Below are positions 1 to 9,385 of a stretch of 64,000 nt of DNA, in pieces. The notes beneath the pieces were generated by a model that did not search any database, was not told the DNA's origin, and saw nothing but the letters and a program-made list of their open reading frames with translations. This stretch comes from Eubacteriales bacterium (GTDB lineage Bacteria > Bacillota > Clostridia > Oscillospirales > CAG-272). Each line of letters opens with the position of its first letter. Positions within the stretch are counted from its first letter, which is position 1. Location of the stretch: the NCBI GenBank assembly GCA_045594085.1, contig JAZNXW010000023.1:363-64362 (forward strand), given 5' to 3'. Made by a program: the position numbers and the translations under genes.

Positions 1-462
1 CTCGATGGTACTGCAGCTCTTCCCGAAGGCTTCGGCGGCTACTATTGCAACATGAAGTGGACTGCTACTAATCTTCAGTTCAAGTTTATGGGAGTAGGTA
101 TGGCTGATATTTGGGGCGGCGACCCTGCTGAAGATCTCGAAAACGGCAAGGCGTATGCTCTTGAATTCACCGTTCTTCCGAATGGCGACAAGGCTAACGT
201 TACCTTCAAGATTGACGGTGTAGAAGTTCCGATTCCCAACAATGCTGATGTAATCAACAACGTTCTTTCCGATGAGATGCTCGTATTCGTTGGCGGTACC
301 GTATACGGTGATATGCCCAAGGGCGTTCAGATCGACAACGTAAAGGTTTACACCATGCAGGAAGTTGAAGAAGGCTCTGCTCCTGTAACCGGTGTTGCTA
401 CCATCGCTCTCGCAATCGCGGCAATCGCTTCCGGCGCTTACATCGTTTCCAAGAAGCACTAA
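1..462 (+). CDS. C-terminal part of a cell-wall-anchored surface protein (beta-sandwich domain, sortase-type sorting signal); 5' truncated by window
   Basis: Frame is open from base 1; ends APVTG + hydrophobic helix + KKH. Confidence 0.75.
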   Translation, partial: LDGTAALPEGFGGYYCNMKWTATNLQFKFMGVGMADIWGGDPAEDLENGKAYALEFTVLPNGDKANVTFKIDGVEVPIPNNADVINNVLSDEMLVFVGGTVYGDMPKGVQIDNVKVYTMQEVEEGSAPVTGVATIALAIAAIASGAYIVSKKH

Positions 463-470
463 TTTTACTT

Positions 471-502
471 AAAAAAAGACTCTCCGAGGAGAGTCTTTTT
501 TT
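471..502 (+). terminator. Intrinsic terminator
   Basis: AAAAAAAGACTCTCC-GA-GGAGAGTCTTTTTTT. Confidence 0.9.
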
Positions 503-589
503 TGTTTGCTGTTTTGTCGCGGCTGTGATTTGTTTAGACACAAATTGAGAAAAATATGAACAAACAATGAAAAAACGATACCGAAACTG

Positions 590-618
590 TTGACAAAACG
601 GATTTTGATGGGTATACT
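590..618 (+). promoter_or_regulatory. Sigma-A promoter
   Basis: TTGACA-17-TATACT. Confidence 0.75.
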
Positions 619-649
619 GAATCCATAGAGATCAATTGGAGAATCAATC

Positions 650-1384
650 GTGAAAAAGGTCGTTTCCTTCACCGTGTTGGCACTCGTGCTTGTCTTGATG
701 CCTGTCCGAGTGTGTGCTGCTTCGGGCAGAAATATCGCTCCGGACGCAACGGTTGATGCCCCTTACTGCTCTTATTGGGAATCTCCGGACGCGCTTTGCG
801 ACGGTGTGATCCCGTCGTCATCTGCGGCACAGGACATCGCACGCTATGGCTCGTGGGGAAGCGCGGCGTCAAACGTCGAATCGCTGACTTACTTTTGGAA
901 AGGCGAGGTTACGGTCGATTCTGTCGGAGTGTATTTCGCTGTTGACGGAACGCGCGCCGAGTGGCTCGCGGAGGGTGGACTCCATACGCCTGCGGTGTAT
1001 AAGGTGCAGTACCGTGACGGAGACGAATACGTCGACGTTAGCGGTGCGGCCGGTCTTGATGTGAAGACGGATGTTATGAATGTCACGACGTTTGACAGCG
1101 TCACAACAGATTCGATCCGTTTTGTGTTTTACAAGGTCACGGATGCGGAATATAACGGCGATGCCCTTGCGTCTGCCGTGTACGAGACGCAAAAGTATTA
1201 CGATGAAACGTATCCCGACGAAGGGTACGTCGCAACAGTCGATGACGAGCTCGCGTTTCGCGGGATCGGTATATATGAGATCGAGGTGTACGGCCTGCCG
1301 TGCGGGGAAGACGAGCCTTCGGCGTCCGTCGGTGTTGCTATGTCTGCCACGGCGGTTGCGGGTGTAATCGCACTTCTCGGATGA
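650..1384 (+). CDS. Secreted protein with discoidin/CBM32-like domain and hydrophobic C-terminus
   Basis: GTG start with GGAG; signal peptide; paralogous to the C-terminal domain of the next gene. Confidence 0.65.
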   Translation: MKKVVSFTVLALVLVLMPVRVCAASGRNIAPDATVDAPYCSYWESPDALCDGVIPSSSAAQDIARYGSWGSAASNVESLTYFWKGEVTVDSVGVYFAVDGTRAEWLAEGGLHTPAVYKVQYRDGDEYVDVSGAAGLDVKTDVMNVTTFDSVTTDSIRFVFYKVTDAEYNGDALASAVYETQKYYDETYPDEGYVATVDDELAFRGIGIYEIEVYGLPCGEDEPSASVGVAMSATAVAGVIALLG

Positions 1385-1456
1385 ATTACTGTCAAATCCG
1401 TTGCATTGATATTATAATGTAACGTGGAAATATTTATTATTTCAGGAGGATTTTTT

Positions 1457-2785
1457 ATGAAAAAGATTCTTGCTCTTGTCATCGTAATGATGATGCTCGT
1501 TTCTCTTGTCGCTTGCGGCGATGAGCCTGAGCTTCCCATTGTTGACGGCACAGGCACTCCCACTCCCGACAGCGGTACAGATGCTGAAACCGAAGGCGGC
1601 GAAGAAGATCCCGGCGAAGACGACTGGGTATATCAGCCCGACCTCGAAGCAAAGCACGCAGGCTCTGTGGGTATCGGCGTTGAAGAAGGTGCCGCTTATT
1701 TCGATAACCTCAAGGTTATTGATAAGGTATCCAAGAGAGAGCTTTACTACGACGAGATCGAAGGCGAAGCTCCCGCAATGACTCACGGTATCGGATCTGC
1801 CGATGATTGGTCTATTGCGATCGACCCGCTCGAAGAGGAAGAGGAAGAGCCCAACCACGCACTCTCCTACACAGGCGAAACTTCTATGGCTTATTTCGGT
1901 GACACCAAGTGGAACTACTATCAGTTCTCCGTTAAGGTGCTCCCTGTTGACGAAGCTACCGTTATCAACATTTACTTCCTCGTAACAGACGAAAACAACT
2001 ATTACGTTCTCTCTCTTAACGAGGGCGGCGAAGAAGCTGACTGCTATCAGGTAGTGGACGGCGCAAAGACATCCGTTGCGGCTAAGGTATTCTGCCCGCT
2101 TACAGTAGGCGAATGGTCCTCCGTAGGTGTTACCGTTGAACGTGAGACCGTTGAAGTTTACGTTGCAGGTACACACCGCTTCTCGCTCTTCAACCCTGAT
2201 TTCACTTACAGTACGTCTCTCTCTCCCAAGGCTACCATCGACGCGCCCTTCTGCTCGTCCTGGGAATCCTCCGCAGTTCTTAACGACGGTCAGTGGAACG
2301 ATACAACGTTCCTTGCAGCCTCCGGCGGAACAGCATACGGCTCCTGGAGTATGTCCGGTGTAACCGAAACCATCACTTATACGTGGGAAGAAGAGGTTAC
2401 CGTTGACGCTATTGGTATGTTCTTCTGGCGCGACTCCGCAGACCGCGACACATGGCTCGCAGGCGGCGGTATCTGCCCGCCCGCAGCGTACACAGTTCAG
2501 TACTGGAACGGAAGCGAGTACGTTGACGTAACGGGTGTTGTCGGCGGCGAGGTTGCCGAGGACGTTATGAACGTAATGTTCTTCGACGAAGTTACCACAA
2601 CCTCTCTCCAGTTCACGCTCATCAAGTTCACGGAAGATGAAGATGCAACCTACGGCTTCTCCGCTTACGCTGACTACGAGGGCGACACCGAGGCTGAAGA
2701 CGCTCCTCAGGATCCTTCCGTTCGCGGTATGGGTCTCTTCGAAATCGAAGTTTACCCCTCCGGCACAGTTGAAAGACCCGAATAA
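1457..2785 (+). CDS. Lipoprotein with ConA-like beta-sandwich plus discoidin/CBM32-like domain
   Basis: AGGAGG then ATG at 1457; lipobox LVAC; acidic linker; GSVGIG..YFDNLKV and GDTKWNYY motifs. Confidence 0.7.
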   Translation: MKKILALVIVMMMLVSLVACGDEPELPIVDGTGTPTPDSGTDAETEGGEEDPGEDDWVYQPDLEAKHAGSVGIGVEEGAAYFDNLKVIDKVSKRELYYDEIEGEAPAMTHGIGSADDWSIAIDPLEEEEEEPNHALSYTGETSMAYFGDTKWNYYQFSVKVLPVDEATVINIYFLVTDENNYYVLSLNEGGEEADCYQVVDGAKTSVAAKVFCPLTVGEWSSVGVTVERETVEVYVAGTHRFSLFNPDFTYSTSLSPKATIDAPFCSSWESSAVLNDGQWNDTTFLAASGGTAYGSWSMSGVTETITYTWEEEVTVDAIGMFFWRDSADRDTWLAGGGICPPAAYTVQYWNGSEYVDVTGVVGGEVAEDVMNVMFFDEVTTTSLQFTLIKFTEDEDATYGFSAYADYEGDTEAEDAPQDPSVRGMGLFEIEVYPSGTVERPE

Positions 2786-2795
2786 TTCGGACAAT

Positions 2796-2827
2796 AAAAA
2801 AAGAGTTCCCTCGGGAACTCTTTTTTT
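2796..2827. terminator. Bidirectional intrinsic terminator
   Basis: A-run, GAGTTCCC-TC-GGGAACTC, T-run between convergent genes. Confidence 0.9.
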
Positions 2828-2848
2828 TGCGTCTTGGATCAGACGGAG

Positions 2849-3505
2849 TTACATCATTTTCATCATTTCGATCGCGTCGCCGAGGCTGCTCGCAACAGCT
2901 CGGACAATTTGTTTTGCCTCATCATCGGGCTGCCACAGATCCGGTACCGCGATGACGTCGCATCCTGCCGCGTGTGCGGAAAGAATGCCGTTTTTGCCGT
3001 CCTCAAGCGCGATGGCGTCCGCAGGGGAGACATCGAGGTGTTCGCATGCTTTTAGATAAATGTCGGGTGCGGGCTTCGAGTATGCGACCATATCCCCGGT
3101 AACGATCGCATCGAAGCTGTCGTAGATTCCGACGGAGGTGAGCTGACGCTTCACTGTCTCCGAATAAGTCGAGGATGCGAGTGCGATCTTCACGCCGCGA
3201 GCTTTCAGATACGCGATGATCTCTTTTGCGTACGGCTTGACCGGCACGCCGTGCTTTGCTTCGTAGTCGAGCGTGAACTCGCGTTTTTTCTCCGCAAAGG
3301 CTTGCGGGGAGTATCCGTCACCGAACTCTGCGTAAAGGACAGCGTCCGCCGCCGTCACCGTAAGTCCGAGCACGTCCTTGATCATATATCCCGCCTTACC
3401 GATGCCTGTTGCCTCGCCGGCATAGTCATATGCGAGGGCGGCGAGACGCTCCGTGTCGAGCAAAAGTCCGTCCATATCGAAAATAACAGCCTTCAATTTC
3501 CGCAC
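2849..3505 (-). CDS. HAD-family phosphatase (beta-PGM-like)
   Basis: FDMDGLLLD motif I, ASS, KPAPD, EDG motifs. Confidence 0.9.
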   Translation of the reverse strand: MRKLKAVIFDMDGLLLDTERLAALAYDYAGEATGIGKAGYMIKDVLGLTVTAADAVLYAEFGDGYSPQAFAEKKREFTLDYEAKHGVPVKPYAKEIIAYLKARGVKIALASSTYSETVKRQLTSVGIYDSFDAIVTGDMVAYSKPAPDIYLKACEHLDVSPADAIALEDGKNGILSAHAAGCDVIAVPDLWQPDDEAKQIVRAVASSLGDAIEMMKMM

Positions 3506-3915
3506 TCCGAATAAAGATATTCAACGTTTCCGATTGAAAGGAAAAGTCCTACAGCCGCATAGATCAGCATCAGCATAATGGAAAGGTCGCTTGTGACAAA
3601 GCCCATGGAGCGGTTGAAAAAGTTCGTTATTGTCAAGGTTAGCACCGTGACGGAAAGCACGAGTGAGCCGTGCGGCAACAGCACGGACGAGATCGGATCC
3701 TTTTTGCCGAGACGGTAGCTTGAATCAATATATACAATTGCCGAAGCGACAACGAATACGGCATAAACAAGAAAGATCACGCCCGAATCTGTCGAGTTGA
3801 CGTACATCATCTCAGGCATGGCGGCGTGGGCGAATACAACAAACAAAATAAGGACCGAATAAACGAGCGTCAAGTGCGCGATCAGATTTTTGAGCATTTT
3901 TACTGCTAATTTCAT
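3493..3915 (-). CDS. Four-TM membrane protein, unknown function
   Basis: Four hydrophobic segments; overlaps both neighbours. Confidence 0.7.
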   Translation of the reverse strand: MKLAVKMLKNLIAHLTLVYSVLILFVVFAHAAMPEMMYVNSTDSGVIFLVYAVFVVASAIVYIDSSYRLGKKDPISSVLLPHGSLVLSVTVLTLTITNFFNRSMGFVTSDLSIMLMLIYAAVGLFLSIGNVEYLYSECGN

Positions 3916-4925
3916 TCGGATACCTCTCCGATAACGATGATATCATAGATCTTTCTTGGCTCATCGTCGGGTGTGGTCGCTCTTTCGTAATCCTGGCGAA
4001 GGATCTCGCCATCGTAATAGGCGAACGCCGAATCGCCTCCGTCCAAGTTATACGCAAGTCTAACACCGAGCTTTTCGTATATGTCCGCGAAGTCGTGCAT
4101 ACGGATTCCCTTGGAATAAACCATTTCGCCCTTATATTCAATATCAAGTCTGCCGTCAGCGACGATGAAAACGTAATGGCCGGGCTCGTAGTAGCCGATC
4201 GAGGAGCGCGGATTGCGCGAGGTTATGTCGCTGTAATGCTGGAAATCATTTTCTCCGTAAGCTTTTCCGGAAGGGTCAAGCAGCGACGGGCCGAAGTCCC
4301 ATACCTGATAAACGTCCTTGTCGTCAAAATAGTTGGCGGAATACGTATAAGGAGACACGATTTCCATCGTTCCGTCGCCGTAAAGGACGCAAATATCGTT
4401 TTCGAGGCGGTTATCGGACGTGAGCACAGTTCCGTTGCGAATCGCCACGGATGCGGAGTTGCCCCAGAAGTCACCGCTGATTGCCGCGATGGGATCTGCA
4501 GCGGCTACGAGATCCGTAAACGGCACGCGCTCCGTGCTTGCAACCGTAAACAGGTTCTCGAGATTGCGAACGTAAACGTCATACACTATGTATCTTGCAA
4601 CGTAATCGTCGATCGGCTCGATGATTTCCGTTACTGTCAGATTGATGTCATGGCTGCGGTAGTAGCCGTCTCCGGACTCAACCTCGCCCTCGGCAAGAAA
4701 AACGTCCGGAAGAGTTGCGGCAAAATCGCCCTTTGAGGAATTGCCTGCATTTTCGTTGTCCTCGTCGGTACCGTTATGCGATCCGCCGATGATAACTCCG
4801 CCGCCCTCATCATTGTCCGTCATTTTTTTGACGTGATGGAAATAACAAAAAGACAAAAGCACGATGACAGCAGCGAGCGTATCGCATATCACAGATGTAA
4901 TTATATAGCGTTTTTTTGGATTCAA
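3912..4925 (-). CDS. Membrane-anchored phosphodiester glycosidase (NAGPA) family protein
   Basis: N-terminal TM; NPRSSIG, VADGR, AYNLDGGDS motifs; TTG start with GAAAGGA. Confidence 0.8.
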   Translation of the reverse strand: MNPKKRYIITSVICDTLAAVIVLLSFCYFHHVKKMTDNDEGGGVIIGGSHNGTDEDNENAGNSSKGDFAATLPDVFLAEGEVESGDGYYRSHDINLTVTEIIEPIDDYVARYIVYDVYVRNLENLFTVASTERVPFTDLVAAADPIAAISGDFWGNSASVAIRNGTVLTSDNRLENDICVLYGDGTMEIVSPYTYSANYFDDKDVYQVWDFGPSLLDPSGKAYGENDFQHYSDITSRNPRSSIGYYEPGHYVFIVADGRLDIEYKGEMVYSKGIRMHDFADIYEKLGVRLAYNLDGGDSAFAYYDGEILRQDYERATTPDDEPRKIYDIIVIGEVSE

Positions 4926-5040
4926 GCTTGTTTTTTTCCTTTCGGTGAATGAAATTTCAGCTTATCGTTTTCATTTTATCACGCATCGCGAGCGGATTCA
5001 AGAAATCCACGAAAAATTTAACATTTTTCGCTTGCCGAAA

Positions 5041-5069
5041 TTGAAGAAATCGGAATGTTATGATAAAAT
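5041..5069 (+). promoter_or_regulatory. Sigma-A promoter with extended -10
   Basis: TTGAAG-17-TAAAAT, TG at 5061-5062. Confidence 0.5.
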
Positions 5070-5142
5070 TTTTGCAGTAGGTGAGTGGATCGCGCTTTTT
5101 TGACGAATAAATGGTGTAAGCTTACAAAAACGGAGGTGTGCG

Positions 5143-5715
5143 ATGACAAACGCAAATGACCGCGGTGCAGAGCTTTATAGGGCGTATCTCGACGGAGATT
5201 CGGAAGCCTTTGAGACTCTCGTCGGACTTTACCGCGAAAACGTCATCTTTTTCTGTCTGCGCTATCTTTCCGTCTTTGAGGACGCGGAGGATGCCGCAGC
5301 AGAGGCATTTGCCGCGCTCATAATCAATCCGACAAGATATGATTTTAAAACTGCCTTTAAGACGTATCTTTTCTCGATCGCAAAGAAAAAAGCCGTCGAT
5401 ATTTATCGGAAACGCGCACGCCTCGCAAGTGTCGATGCTGTGACCGATTCCGAGTGGGCGGAAACGATCGAAGCGTCCGTGCTTGCAGAGGAAGAAAAGC
5501 GAGAGCTTCACAGAGCGCTTGCGTCGCTTCCCGCTGATTACGGAACAGTCCTCCATCTTGTCTATTTTGAGGAGCTGTCCTGCGCCGAGGCCGCGTCTGT
5601 TATGGGCAAAACGAAAAAGCAAACGGAGAATCTTCTGTACCGCGCGAAAAAGACTTTGCGCACAAGGCTGGAGGACGGCTCCGCACCGAAAGGAAACAGA
5701 TATGAGATCAAATAA
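5143..5715 (+). CDS. ECF-family RNA polymerase sigma factor
   Basis: GGAGG SD; region 2 DAEDAAAEAF..FKTYLFSIA; region 4 LS.AEAA.VMG..LLYRAKKTLR. Confidence 0.93.
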   Translation: MTNANDRGAELYRAYLDGDSEAFETLVGLYRENVIFFCLRYLSVFEDAEDAAAEAFAALIINPTRYDFKTAFKTYLFSIAKKKAVDIYRKRARLASVDAVTDSEWAETIEASVLAEEEKRELHRALASLPADYGTVLHLVYFEELSCAEAASVMGKTKKQTENLLYRAKKTLRTRLEDGSAPKGNRYEIK

Positions 5716-7150
5716 AGAATTTCTCCTTACCGTATACGAAAAAGCAGAAAAAGGTAAGGCAAAGCGCGCGTCACGCAGGTACGCACTGACTGCGGTAACG
5801 TCTCTTTTGCTCGCAGTATGCATGCTCGCCGTAACTGCCGTTTACTTCAAAAACGAGCTGACACCCGACGCCGACACTCCCGTAATCAACGGAGTCGATA
5901 ATCCAACGCTCGGAACCGAAAAGCCGACTGCGGGCATCGTTCCACCCGAAATTTACGATGACTCGCTCAAAATCGACGGCGTCGAGGTTTCGTCAGGCTC
6001 CATCACGCAGAATCTGCTTGATGGATTGCAGTCCGAGAACGTAAAGGTCTCGTATGCACTCGAGCACCTCTTTGACGGATCTTCCGATTTCGCCTTTGAT
6101 ATGCTCGCAAAGACATACGAGGGCGAAAACGTTTTCATCTCACCTTATTCCATTATCGCCGCGCTCGCAATGACAGCCAACGGCGCAGACGGTGAGACGC
6201 GAGCAGAGATCGAATCTGCCGTAGGTCTCACCGTAGACGAAATGAACGAGCTTATTATGTCGTACAATCACCGATGCGAATATCTTAATTCCGCCAATTC
6301 GTTTTGGATGAGAAACGGCAGCTTTACCGTAAAGCCGGACTTTCTTATCAACCTTGACGCGTATTATGACGCAGGCGTGTTCGCCGCTCCGTTTGATGAC
6401 GGAACGCTCGATGACATTAACAAATGGGTGTCCGACAATACGGACGGAATGATCCCCGAAGCACTGACCGAAATCCCGGAGGACGTTGTCGCATATATCA
6501 TCAACACCTTGCTGTTCGCAGGCAAGTGGGAGGATCCGTACTATGAGAGCAAAAACACAACTATGACGTTCATCTCCTCCGACGGCACTGAAGCCGAGGG
6601 CGAATTTATGCACGGAGAGTCAGCCTTGCTCGAGCTTGATTATGCAACGGGCATCTGCAAGGATTATTCATGCGAGCTTTCTTTTGTGGCTCTTTTGCCG
6701 AACGAAGGCTGTACGATCGAGGATGTGATCTCCTCGCTCGACTCCGACAGTATCGCAGAAGCAATGAAAAACGGAAGGAAAACGCGACACTCTCGCTGTG
6801 CCGCCGAATCTTTGCCGAAATTCAAATCCGAGACCTCGCTTGAATTGAGCGATGCACTTAAGGAAACGGGAATTATATCCGCGTTTGATTTGCGCGCAGA
6901 TTTTTCGCGCATCACCGACTCGATTGAACTTTTTGTGTCGCAGGTCATCCATAAAACGGCATTTGAAATAGATGAAGAGGGATCACGTGCCGCCGCGGCG
7001 ACGATTGTTGAGCTTACAGAGGAATCCGAGGAAGAGTTTATTCACGAGCCTGAGAAGGTACCGGTGATCTTCGACCGTCCGTTCGTTTATATGATCGTCA
7101 ATTCCTATGGCTTCCCCATCTTCATCGGAGTTTGCGATTCGATCAAGTAA
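5702..7150 (+). CDS. Membrane-anchored serpin with anti-sigma-like N-terminus
   Basis: ATG 5702 overlaps sigma gene end; basic N-tail then TM; FISPYSI, INKWV, LPKFK, hinge EEGSRAAAAT, FDRPF. Confidence 0.88.
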   Translation: MRSNKEFLLTVYEKAEKGKAKRASRRYALTAVTSLLLAVCMLAVTAVYFKNELTPDADTPVINGVDNPTLGTEKPTAGIVPPEIYDDSLKIDGVEVSSGSITQNLLDGLQSENVKVSYALEHLFDGSSDFAFDMLAKTYEGENVFISPYSIIAALAMTANGADGETRAEIESAVGLTVDEMNELIMSYNHRCEYLNSANSFWMRNGSFTVKPDFLINLDAYYDAGVFAAPFDDGTLDDINKWVSDNTDGMIPEALTEIPEDVVAYIINTLLFAGKWEDPYYESKNTTMTFISSDGTEAEGEFMHGESALLELDYATGICKDYSCELSFVALLPNEGCTIEDVISSLDSDSIAEAMKNGRKTRHSRCAAESLPKFKSETSLELSDALKETGIISAFDLRADFSRITDSIELFVSQVIHKTAFEIDEEGSRAAAATIVELTEESEEEFIHEPEKVPVIFDRPFVYMIVNSYGFPIFIGVCDSIK

Positions 7151-7172
7151 AAGTAAATTTTCCGTTTTAGGG

Positions 7173-7201
7173 TTTACAAATCAGCCGTGATTGTATATAA
7201 T
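7173..7201 (+). promoter_or_regulatory. Sigma-A promoter of cys operon
   Basis: TTTACA-17-TATAAT. Confidence 0.75.
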
Positions 7202-7225
7202 GTATTGTAAGTTAATATGATCACG

Positions 7226-7443
7226 ACTATGACCGGAAAGAAAACGGAAAAAGCCGATTTACAGAGACCGTCCTGCCGCTGAAACGGACGGAATCGAGCT
7301 CCGAATGTGCATCCGCGAGTCTTGACGCGCGAAATAACAGTAGTGCGCCGCGTCACCGCACGTTACGCGGACAAAAGCAACAAATCGGAGTGGAACCGCG
7401 GTAATATCGCCTCCCGTGTATATCACGGGAGGCTTATTTTTTT
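7226..7443 (+). ncRNA. T-box riboswitch (Cys)
   Basis: AGAGA and GCTGAAA stem-I motifs; GAA-TG-TGC-A specifier (TGC 7308-7310); T-box AAATCGGAGTGGAACCGCG 7382-7400; terminator GCCTCCCGTG/CACGGGAGGC plus T-run. Confidence 0.9.
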
Positions 7444-7460
7444 GAAAGGAATCCGTTACA

Positions 7461-8177
7461 TTGAGTAAGATTCAGATAACAATAGAAGCTGTCCTCGCGC
7501 ACGACATCGGTCTTGCGCTCCTTAAGATGAATGAAAAAGCCGAAAAAATCGGTGATGAGATCAAAAACGACATAAAATCCGTTCGTGAACGCGATCCTGC
7601 GGCAAAAAGCGATCTTGAAGCGCTCCTGCTTTATCCCGGTGTACACGCGATCTGGGCGCATCGAATCTCGCATAAGCTCTATGAAAAAAAGCGTTACACG
7701 TCGGCACGTGCCGTCAGTCAGGCGGCGAAATTCCTGACAGGCATCGAGATCCATCCCGGTGCGAAGATCGGTCATGGACTTTTCATCGACCACGGCGCCG
7801 CCGTTGTCATAGGCGAAACTGCCGAGATCGGTGACAACTGCACGATCTATCAGGGAGTCACCCTCGGCGGTACGGGCAAGGAAACGGGCAAGCGTCATCC
7901 CACTCTCGGAGACGGAGTTATGGTCGGCGCGGGTGCAAAGGTGCTCGGCGGTTTTAAGATCGGATCCGGATCTAAGATCGCGGCGAATGCGGTCGTACTT
8001 TCGCCCATTCCCGAAAACTGCACCGCAGTCGGCATTCCCGCACGTCCCGTCCGTATGAACGGACAGCGCATCGATAAGCTTGACCAGGTCCACATTCCGG
8101 ACCCGATCGCGCAGGAGCTCTGTGCGATCAAAAAACGCCTTTCCGAGCTTGAGGAACGGAAGGCGGATCAAGAGTAA
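7461..8177 (+). CDS. cysE: Serine O-acetyltransferase
   Basis: RDPAA, YPGVHA, TGIEIHPGA, GGTGK..GKRHPT, hexapeptide repeats. Confidence 0.95.
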   Translation: MSKIQITIEAVLAHDIGLALLKMNEKAEKIGDEIKNDIKSVRERDPAAKSDLEALLLYPGVHAIWAHRISHKLYEKKRYTSARAVSQAAKFLTGIEIHPGAKIGHGLFIDHGAAVVIGETAEIGDNCTIYQGVTLGGTGKETGKRHPTLGDGVMVGAGAKVLGGFKIGSGSKIAANAVVLSPIPENCTAVGIPARPVRMNGQRIDKLDQVHIPDPIAQELCAIKKRLSELEERKADQE

Positions 8178-8199
8178 ATCAACGAAAGGAACGTAAAAT

Positions 8200-9381
8200 A
8201 TGATCTGTAAACGATGTTTCAGACTGTCTGACGACGATATGAGCTTTTGCCCGTACTGCGGAAAAGCCTTCGCTGATGACGTTGAAGATGCACCGAATGA
8301 AAAAACGAACGCAGAAGACACCGAGGCTCCCGAAACGGAAGCTCACGGTGGAGCGCCGGAAGAAAAGGAGCCCATCAATCTTTGGAACGACGGTCCGACC
8401 TCATATTATTATCGGTCAGAGCAGACATACGCTCAACCGGAGCGCGAGCAGTCACCGATCGGTAAGCTTTTTTCCTCGATGCTTCACGCGATATGCTATT
8501 TCATTTTGTTCTTAGTGATCCAAAGCGTCGTAGCAACGGGATTTCAGCTCGTGGCAGCATTCGCCGCATCGGCGGAATATACAAACAATTATTTCGAGGA
8601 ACACGGCATTAACATCGAAGCTCTCTCGGACGAAGAATACCTCGAGATAATCGAAACGATCACGATCGAATCCGAATCCGTGATGATGGACGCGATGCTC
8701 GCCGTTGACACGAACATGATAAGCGCCGTTGCGTCTGTTGTGGTCGTTCTTGCGCTTTTGGTGCTTGCCAAATATAAGCGCCGCAAGTTCAGCGATCATA
8801 CGTCGCTTTACTTCGCTCCGCTGAAAAATCCGCGCGCATGGGCGGCGATCCCCGCGGGAATTGCTATGCACAGCATCGTGCTTTTCATCATAAGCATAAT
8901 CCCGTTCCCCGAAAGTGTCATTGAAAGCTACAATGAGCTTTATGCCTTCATAGGCGAAAGTCCGCTCTGGCTCGAGATCATTGCCGTAGTCGTGCTCGCG
9001 CCGATAGTCGAGGAGCTCGTCTTCCGCGGATGCATACATTCGCGTCTGCGCCGCTCGATGAAGCCGCTGACGGCGGCTCTCATCTCCGCATTCATTTTCG
9101 GTGTGGCACACGGACATATCATTTCCGTCGTCTACGCATTCACGCTCGGTCTTGTGCTCACGTATCTTTACGAAAGATACAATTCCGTCGTGATCCCGAT
9201 GATATTCCACGCGGCATTCAACGGCGCAAACTACCTGCCCATTATTACAGAGAATACCACCTTCGGTGAGGTGTTCATCATCGTCGCTGTGAGCTCCGCG
9301 ATCTTTGCGATCTGCGCCGTCATCATCGCAAGCGGTCCCGCACAAAAAGAAACAGATAACGAAAACGACAAAGGAATCTGA
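8200..9381 (+). CDS. CPBP/Abi (CAAX-like) intramembrane protease with N-terminal zinc ribbon
   Basis: CxxC..FCPYCG; EELVFRG, FGVAH, HAAFN motifs; several TMs. Confidence 0.88.
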   Translation: MICKRCFRLSDDDMSFCPYCGKAFADDVEDAPNEKTNAEDTEAPETEAHGGAPEEKEPINLWNDGPTSYYYRSEQTYAQPEREQSPIGKLFSSMLHAICYFILFLVIQSVVATGFQLVAAFAASAEYTNNYFEEHGINIEALSDEEYLEIIETITIESESVMMDAMLAVDTNMISAVASVVVVLALLVLAKYKRRKFSDHTSLYFAPLKNPRAWAAIPAGIAMHSIVLFIISIIPFPESVIESYNELYAFIGESPLWLEIIAVVVLAPIVEELVFRGCIHSRLRRSMKPLTAALISAFIFGVAHGHIISVVYAFTLGLVLTYLYERYNSVVIPMIFHAAFNGANYLPIITENTTFGEVFIIVAVSSAIFAICAVIIASGPAQKETDNENDKGI

Positions 9382-9385
9382 CAAT

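Noticed and set aside
5483-5701. ORF-track N-terminal extensions (serpin 5483, cysS 9305, oxidoreductase 15773, methyltransferase 44003, YpeB-like 46774)
   Set aside because: They overlap other genes or regulatory DNA; better starts lie downstream
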